Below are positions 52,330 to 64,000 of a DNA stretch of 64,000 bases, piece after piece (position 1 is the first letter of the stretch; every line of letters begins with the position of its first letter). The stretch comes from Nemertoderma westbladi (Eukaryota; Animalia; Xenacoelomorpha). A model generated the notes under the pieces. The model made no database searches, was not told where the DNA came from, and worked only from the letters and a program-made list of their open reading frames with translations. Both the position numbers and the translations under genes were made by a program. The stretch spans positions 15,613 through 79,612 of the forward strand of contig JAUCBJ010002409.1 of assembly GCA_032718475.1 (NCBI GenBank), given 5' to 3'.

Positions 52330-53480
52330 CTCCGGCAAATCAGGTAGTTGGAAGTCAACGTTTTGGTTGAGAAGTTGATTAAAGTGTCTTGACCAGTCCT
52401 TAGCTGATACTTGTTGGGGGGCCGTATGCTGTCGTTTACCTTTGGTAATGTTCCAGAACTCTGATAGGTCGGTCTCGCAGTTCGCAGTGATCTATTAGTT
52501 TCTGTTCTTGCTGAACTCATATATCTTCTACTTAGCCCGGATAAGAGTTTTATATGTACGCTTCAGCTGTGAATAGTCAAGTCGAGTTTTATCACTTGGT
52601 TGCGAGCGCATTGCATGGTGGCTAGCAATTACAGCCTGTTGTAAATCATAGCATTGTTTCGTAAACTATGGTTTAGATAATCTCTTAAGACGGGGAGTAG
52701 ATGCTGTTTGTAAAGCGTATATGTAATGTGTTCGCAGGTGCTGCTTATTTCGGTCCATCCTAGAGTGAAACTCATCAATATCTGGAGGGAGATTGGTGGT
52801 GAGAATGTCCAAGTTAACATCGTTAATTTTCGAGGTACGCTTGTTCCTGGTTGAAGGTGGGGAAGTTAGCGTTAAATTAATAAGAACACGCTGGTGTTTG
52901 CTGTTTATGGTTGGTAAAACAGAGATATCAACAAGATTAAGTAGGGGCCTGTCAATAAACACGAGATCTATAACACTCTGCCCATTCCAGCAAAAGTAAG
53001 TGGGGACTGTGGGGTCAGTAACACAGACGAGGCCTGTACCAAGTAAACCATCGCACAAAAGGTCGCCACGAGTACTGTCTCCATCGAGGCGACAGTTAAA
53101 ATCCCTGGCAAGCAACAGCGGGACTGGGCTGTGCATGGGTAGAATTAATGACATCGGTGAGGTCCAGCAGTATATCTGTTACATCTGGTTCTGGTATATA
53201 ATAAGCGGATATGATTCCGAGACCCGTTAGGGATACCGCAAAGATATTCTCAGTCTTATAGTGGACGTTGGTATACCGGTACCAGCAATTTTTGCATTCG
53301 TCGCCATTGTTAAATCCCCATGTGGTCTTCCTACATCACCCCTCACGCAGGGGACATTGGTACAATTAAATGTAGGTAAGTCCAGGTCCCTTTCGAGGGT
53401 CTCGGTTAGTATAAGGATATCTGTGGTAGTAAAATTGTCATCAAAAGTTGTTTCAATTGTACTTCTGGCGCCTTCCAAAT
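52330..53480 (-). mobile_element. Decayed non-LTR retrotransposon, APE endonuclease region
   Basis: Fragmented ORFs with DILILTET, DFNCRLD, PTYF...SVIDLVF and SKHQ (SDH-like) motifs. Confidence 0.75.
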
Positions 53481-54288
53481 AATAATTGAAGTCTTATTGC
53501 TCTCGTCGTTGGGTATTGTGGGTGTTCCGGCAATAATTAAAAGGCAGTTCCTCTAGCAATATTAATGCCCGGACTGTTCGGAAGTGGTTACAGATCGTTC
53601 GATTGAGGTTTTGGGAAATCTTTATTTGGTCTACCTATAGGTACTGTAGCAGTGGTGGAGATGGGATTGGAGTTTGAGAGGTTCGGGTCGTTTATCGTAT
53701 AGGCCTATTAGCTATATGGAAGGCTTTATTACCTTAAATTACAGCCCTTAGAGATGCGTCGTATCGTATTTGATTTAAAAATGGTATAGGCCTACCGGTA
53801 CAATATATAACGTAATCTGGTAGATTTAGATTTTCATGATTTTTTTCACTTACGCAACTGTGTACAGAAGTAGTTACAGAGAATACAGAAGTAAACTCTA
53901 TATGTCTTCATATAGAGTTATGTATTTAAACATTCGTTCACCAACAGAGTAATACCAATATGGAACCAGTGATGTAGTCGAATCAGTAAGTAAGTGAAGT
54001 TCTTTTGTGACAAACTTAAAACTTGTGATATATTAGAACATTGTCATTTCAACAGATTCAATTGATTAGTACGTATGTTTAAACATTCGTCCTTTTTATG
54101 AACATAATCATCGTATTAAACTTTTTTATTTCATTGCGTAATAATATGTTTTGCATTATAATAACTTTACTACTACCATTACCAGGCAGAGCACGGGAAT
54201 AATGCTGTACTTTCCTTTGAGTGATTAGCTAAATATATACCAAAATATGATATCCCATCCATTCCATAGCGAATAAAATTCTTCATCC

Positions 54289-54380
54289 GTCCTGGTAGCT
54301 CAGTTGTCTTAGGACAAACACCCGGCTGCTGATAACCGGAAGTTTGAAACCTAGGTACCGGGTTCCAGCCCCATTAGGGT
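54289..54380 (+). pseudogene. tRNA-derived remnant (tRNA-Ile-like or SINE head)
   Basis: TGGTAGCTCAGTTG ... GCTGATAAC ... GGGTTCCAGCCCC, with insertions that prevent a clean cloverleaf. Confidence 0.3.
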
Positions 54381-54589
54381 CGTGGAGAATGGGCCATAGG
54401 CCATAATTTTTGCCATGGAGGGCATTATCATACTGTTCTATCACCGTCACTCCACCCCACAACAATTCATTTATTACTATTATGTTGTTTGACTACATTT
54501 GGACCTACTATAAGTGTAACTGTTAGCTAAAGGCTCACATAAACAATCCCGCCCGCACAAAAACATTCATGTACAATATAATGTTTCAA

Positions 54590-55409
54590 AAACAATGCCT
54601 ATTCCGCCACAAGACCCGTCACCCATGAGATTTGCTAGCTATGTATTTGACACAGTGAACCCGGACATAGCATTCTTGTGAATGTGCCATCCAGAGTTAG
54701 AGCTCAGCACGGACTCCCATAGAGGAGCACTGGCACTACTGCTGCTCTGGATAGGCCTAATCGGACCATAAGTTTCCAATGAATTTTATGTGACTTCCAA
54801 ATCATGGAAAGCCTATTCAAGGCTTTCCATGCCTTTCCCTTACGTATTCGAAGTGACTTCCGGATCCATGATTCCAGGTAACACAAGTCGTCCACATGCT
54901 CAAGCATACCATCCTTTGAGCTTATGCTCATCCGGTCAGAAACTTGCTGAGAACTTTCAAAGTTAACTGTGAAAATGTTGGTGTTTTTGGAGTTAATAAA
55001 AAGATCAACACTAGAAGCAGCCTGTTCTAATGAGCTGAGAAGCCATTGGGCTCCCTCTAGTGATTCTGAGAGTACTCCTAAGTCATCAGCAAAGTCTAGA
55101 TCAGTTAGGTACTTGGCAGGATTTCCTCGACTTCTGGAGCCAGTAGGTGGAGTTATCATCACCCCATCATCATTATGATGATCTAAGGACATGCGTAGAA
55201 CATAGTCAACCACAATTATGAACAAGAATGGTGCAAGTGTGTCTCCCTGGAGGACGCCCCATAACACTTCAAATGGTTCTGTGTCACCGTCAACAGTAGA
55301 CATAAATATTGTCGAACCATCGTATACTGATCTGATTGCTGCAATAATTTGATCAGGAGCCCTACTGCCCCCACACAATGAAAGTATGAAATTAAAGTCT
55401 ACACACCTA
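54590..55409 (-). mobile_element. RTE-type LINE fragment (reverse transcriptase core)
   Basis: GVLQGDTLAPFLF, DLDFADDL, VDDLCYLESWI; same family as the 30.7-kb copy. Confidence 0.88.
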
Positions 55410-55410
55410 G

Positions 55411-58768
<3,358 letters not shown>

Positions 58769-59245
58769 CTACCAGTAGTGGCAACTTTCAACAAATTAAA
58801 TAAAATGTTCAACAAAATAAAATAATTACCCTAATAAAAACTACCACAGCCTCTGCTTATCTTTGCAATTAACTTCCTTACTTTCGTACAGGTTGGCCTT
58901 TAGTCAGTCAGTGTAGCACAATGTTGCCATCATTCTGTCATTGTACCGGTAGCCCAGTAGTAGTCAAGTCAGCTCATTTGGGTCACTGATTCAGAAAACC
59001 TAATACCTACCGGTACCGATATCACCTCCACCTCCATGTACTGATGTAGCATAAAGGATGTGCCATGTGCCACCTATGCAGTGGCGGTGCCAGGAATTTA
59101 AAATAGGGAGGGGGAGGTTTAAAAGGGGGGCAAAAACAATTCTAGGGGGGGGGGGGGGTAAACCTTTTTTATGCCAAATACGAAATACAGATTATTTCCA
59201 CATTAGGCAGCCATGACTGCCATCAATTTATAATATCAATACCAT

Positions 59246-59410
59246 CGTCTCCCTGGAGAACTCCCCATAACACTTTGAATGGTACTGGGTCGCCGTCAAC
59301 AGTAGACACAAATATTGTCGAACCATCGTATACTGATATGATTGCTGCAATAATTTCATCAGGAATCCCACACAATGAAAGTATGAAATGAAAGTCTACC
59401 AACACACCTA
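59246..59410 (-). mobile_element. RTE-type LINE fragment, co-duplicated with the kinase exon
   Basis: Matches about 55240-55409 (PFKVLWGVLQGD). Confidence 0.8.
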
Positions 59411-59424
59411 GTCTAGGTCTCTCA

Positions 59425-60450
<1,026 letters not shown>

Positions 60451-62399
60451 TCAACAAAATAATAAAATTTTCAACAAAACAAAATAATTACCCTAATACT
60501 GTAATAAAAACTACCGCAGCATTTGCTTATCTTTGCACTTAACTTCCTCACTTTTCTGCTTTTGTACAGGTTGGCCTTTAGTCAGTCAGTCTGTCAGTGA
60601 CTTGTACCGCATGTACCGGTACGGTAGTCAGGTAGTAGTCAAGTCAGCTCATCTGGGTCATTCCTGCATTCATTCAGAAAACCCACTATCTGACTACAGG
60701 ACTATTGCTGTATTGTACTGCCTACCGGTTCCGGTATCACAAGGCCATCTACAGATCTAAATAACAGAATAAGGTTTTATAAGGTTTAGATGACCTTGCA
60801 GTATCACATTCACCTCCATGCGCCGCATGCGGCCATGTACCGTACGGTACTGATGTAGATGTAGCATAACAGAACAGCATAACTGCATAAAGGATGTGTC
60901 ACTGTGTCACGTGTCAGTGCCACCCGCGCAGTCGCAGTGGCGCCGTGGCGGCGCCAGGAATTTAAAACAGGGAGGGCAGAGGGTGGGGGGCAGGGGGTTA
61001 AAGGTAAAAGGCTGCCGAGCACCGACACCTTTCTCATACCAATACCACCGACAACAAAAGAAACAAACCAACAGGTAAAATAACAAACCGACAGTATACA
61101 GGTAGGCCTATAGGCTGATAGGCCTACCGAAGAAAAATTTTCCGAGAGAAAAATTTTCGAAGTGTTTTCCCACCAGACAAGTGTTTTAGACACATGCTGA
61201 CATGCGTTTTTTAGCGTTTCAGTGCCCCCCAAACAGCCAAACCGAAAATTCCCGCCATATGCCAGTATGCCGTATTGCGTATGCTATGCTAGTACTGCAC
61301 TGCTGCACTGTAGTATTACTAGTATGCAGTGCTGTCCAATAGGCAGATAGGTCCGTCTAATCTGTAATCACCCAAATCTGAAATCATGCAAATCACAAAT
61401 TGTACTGCTGTACTGTTGTACGTTGCTGTACTATACTGTTGTACCGGTACGTATTTCAGCAATAGCTGAATAGGCCAGTACTGCAGTACTGCAGTAGGCT
61501 GCCAGTCACCTTATCTGGGAGTTTTTATTATTTTCTTTGTATTATGACTGTTTCTCTATCAGCTGGCAGGAGGTACTAACTTCTAATAAGCCTACAACAG
61601 CTCAGGGGATTAATCTCGGTTTACAGTGTATGCCAATACAGCAATAAGGAGTATGGGGAAGAGACAAAGTGAGTGGGCGGGGGCGGGCAGTGGCATTGGT
61701 AGGATAGGAAGGATGTCGATGTACAGTAGGTATATTGAACTGAGATGGTTATAATAAAAAGTTATAAGTGTTTACTATTAACTGTTTAAATATAAATATA
61801 ATTATTACTACTCTAACTCTGTGTGAGTCATCCATCCCCATCCTACACCCACACTGCTACTGTATGTACAGTACCATGTAATACATATAGATAAATATAA
61901 ATATTACAGGCACTTTTTTATATTGAAATACAATATTGAATAATTGCATTAATAATTACTGTTCATATGTAATATTTGATGAGCATGAGGAACATATTAT
62001 TTAGAGTCATATAATTACGGGCGCCGGTTGTTGGTGCGCGAAAAATTGTTTGGCTTGCATGCATGTGTATGCCCTGCCCTTACTAACAAGAAATTAACAT
62101 AACTTCGACCTTATTTTTGATTTTTTTATTATTTTTTTATTTTTATTACAAATTTCAAATATACTATTGAAGCTTCCAGAACTTGCGTACACTACAGTTC
62201 TCCAGTCGGCAGTCGCACTGCAATTCTTCAACCTTAAGGTGGTTTGTTGGTATCATTGGAAAGGTGACGTTGCAGGAAATCCTAATATGTACAATTTGTA
62301 AAATTTGGATGAGAATTCGAAAGTTATTGAATGGCTTTGAATCCGCTGGGGGCCACTTATTAGATTTAATGAATAAATAAATTAAATTAAATAAATACA

Positions 62400-63193
62400 T
62401 TTTTCTACAAATCTTTATCATATTGTTTGAAATTTGCAACTCCCCACTAGTTCCACTAACCGTCGATGACCCCATGAAGCCGGAATTTTCGATTTTACCT
62501 TTGAATTTTTTTTATAAGCGTTTTAAAAAAAGTGTCTTTTTCGAAATCGCACCCTCTGTATCGTAGCCATTCTTCACATTAGTCGTAATTTTTTTAAATC
62601 ATTAAAAATCTTACGTTGCAAGGATTCGAAATATGTAACAATATCTGAATTTCGTTGAGAAACAGCTGAGATATAGGCGTTCAAATTGCAAGAATTATCT
62701 TTCGCTGCAGGCCATTTTATTCTATTTAATAAATACACAAAATTTTAGAATGTATTATTTATTTTATAAGTTGGTTAGCAACAGCGGTAATCCTATCCAA
62801 TATATCTATTGCGTAGCTACAGTAGTCATACATAAACAAAATATTCCAGAACATCGTGTATTTATTTAATATAATAAATGGCCTGCAGCGAACGATAATT
62901 CTTGCAATATTTGAACGCCTATATCTCAGCTGTTTCTCAAAGAAATTCAGATATTGTTACATATTTGGAATCCTTGCAACGCGAGCTTTTTAATGATATG
63001 TAAAGGTTACGACAAATGTTAAGAATGTCCACGATAAGGAGGGTACAATTTCGCAAAAGACACTTTTTTAAAACGCCTATAAAAAAAATTTTAAGGCAAA
63101 ATCGAAAATTCCGGCTTCAGAGGGGGTCATTGACCGTGAGTTGAACTAGTTATGTTTCAAATTTCAAGCAATATGATAAAGATTTGTAGAAAT
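62400..63193. mobile_element. About 800-bp palindromic MITE/foldback element
   Basis: TTTCTACAAATCTTTATCATATTG (62402) pairs with CAATATGATAAAGATTTGTAGAAA (63169); pairing continues almost to the centre at about 62800. Confidence 0.8.
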
Positions 63194-64000
63194 ATCTGGG
63201 GGGGGGGGGGGGGGGGGGGTCGGGTCATCAGAAAATGACACTATATTACCGGACATGGTGCAATATATACAATCATTTCGTAATGTTACAATTTTGGATT
63301 AAAACTACATACATACAGTACTTGTTGCAAAGTACTTTATTCAAATTGTAACATTACTCAACGACGTTAGTGTTCACAGCGAGAGCACTTTAGAGGACAT
63401 AACAGCATTGTATTGGCCTGTACATTTAGTATTGTATTTGGTGTTATTGTTTACCTGGTAACCCTTGACGCGTTAAGTAATGTCCACTAAGGGGACATTA
63501 CTTAACGCCGTCATTGGATACCACGTAAACAATAGGAGGAAATTTGCCTGACAGCCAGATAGGCCTACAGCATTACCTACCGGTAGGCGGGGTATAGATA
63601 TTAATAACCAGTAGTGCCTAGCTATATTATTATAACATGACTCCACACGCCACCATAAATATAAGCTAACTTATTTATAACATCATTTGTGTCATTTTTA
63701 CATTTATTTATACAGCAACTAATTTAATTTGTGCAGTTTCTATCACTTATAATATATATGTACATTCATTTCGTAATGTTAAAATTTTGGAATAAAACTA
63801 CATACATACATGTTGCAAAGTACTTTACAGGGTTCTGATCCTCGTGGCTTTATTTTCACGTCACTCACTAACGTTCGTTCGTGTAACAAAGCCACTCGGA
63901 TCATCACAACTTTAAAGTGCTACTTTACACACAAGTATGTATAAATAGTTATTACGGCCCTCGGCAAACAAAATCACTCGTGCCGTAACGCTATAATGTG

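Noticed and set aside
51181-54380. Functional tRNA genes at about 51181 and 54289
   Set aside because: A/B-box-like words are present but stems and spacing are broken; kept only as low-confidence remnants

Overview
AT-rich eukaryotic (invertebrate animal-like) genomic window holding two convergent intron-containing genes. On the + strand are the last 12 coding exons of an axonemal dynein heavy chain of DNAH6 type (661-28848). Four of its introns carry tandem arrays, and three of these are built from, or abut, splice signals: a 22-bp acceptor repeat, an 8.9-kb 43-bp polypyrimidine-TAG repeat, and a 13-kb 41/38-bp repeat that copies the exon end plus the GTAAGT donor roughly 325 times. On the - strand is an intron-poor MAP4K4/MINK/TNIK/misshapen-type kinase (kinase + linker + CNH, about 1566 aa). 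Its whole kinase-domain first exon is tandemly duplicated and both copies are intact. The first intron holds a complete but disrupted 8.4-kb Academ-type DNA transposon (TAG...CTA ends, TGC target-site duplication), along with LINE fragments and foldback elements. Non-coding DNA is peppered with TACCGGTA and TAGGCCTA palindromes, and two of them can be shown from paralogous copies to be 6-bp insertions at TA sites. All coordinates and counts were derived by hand.
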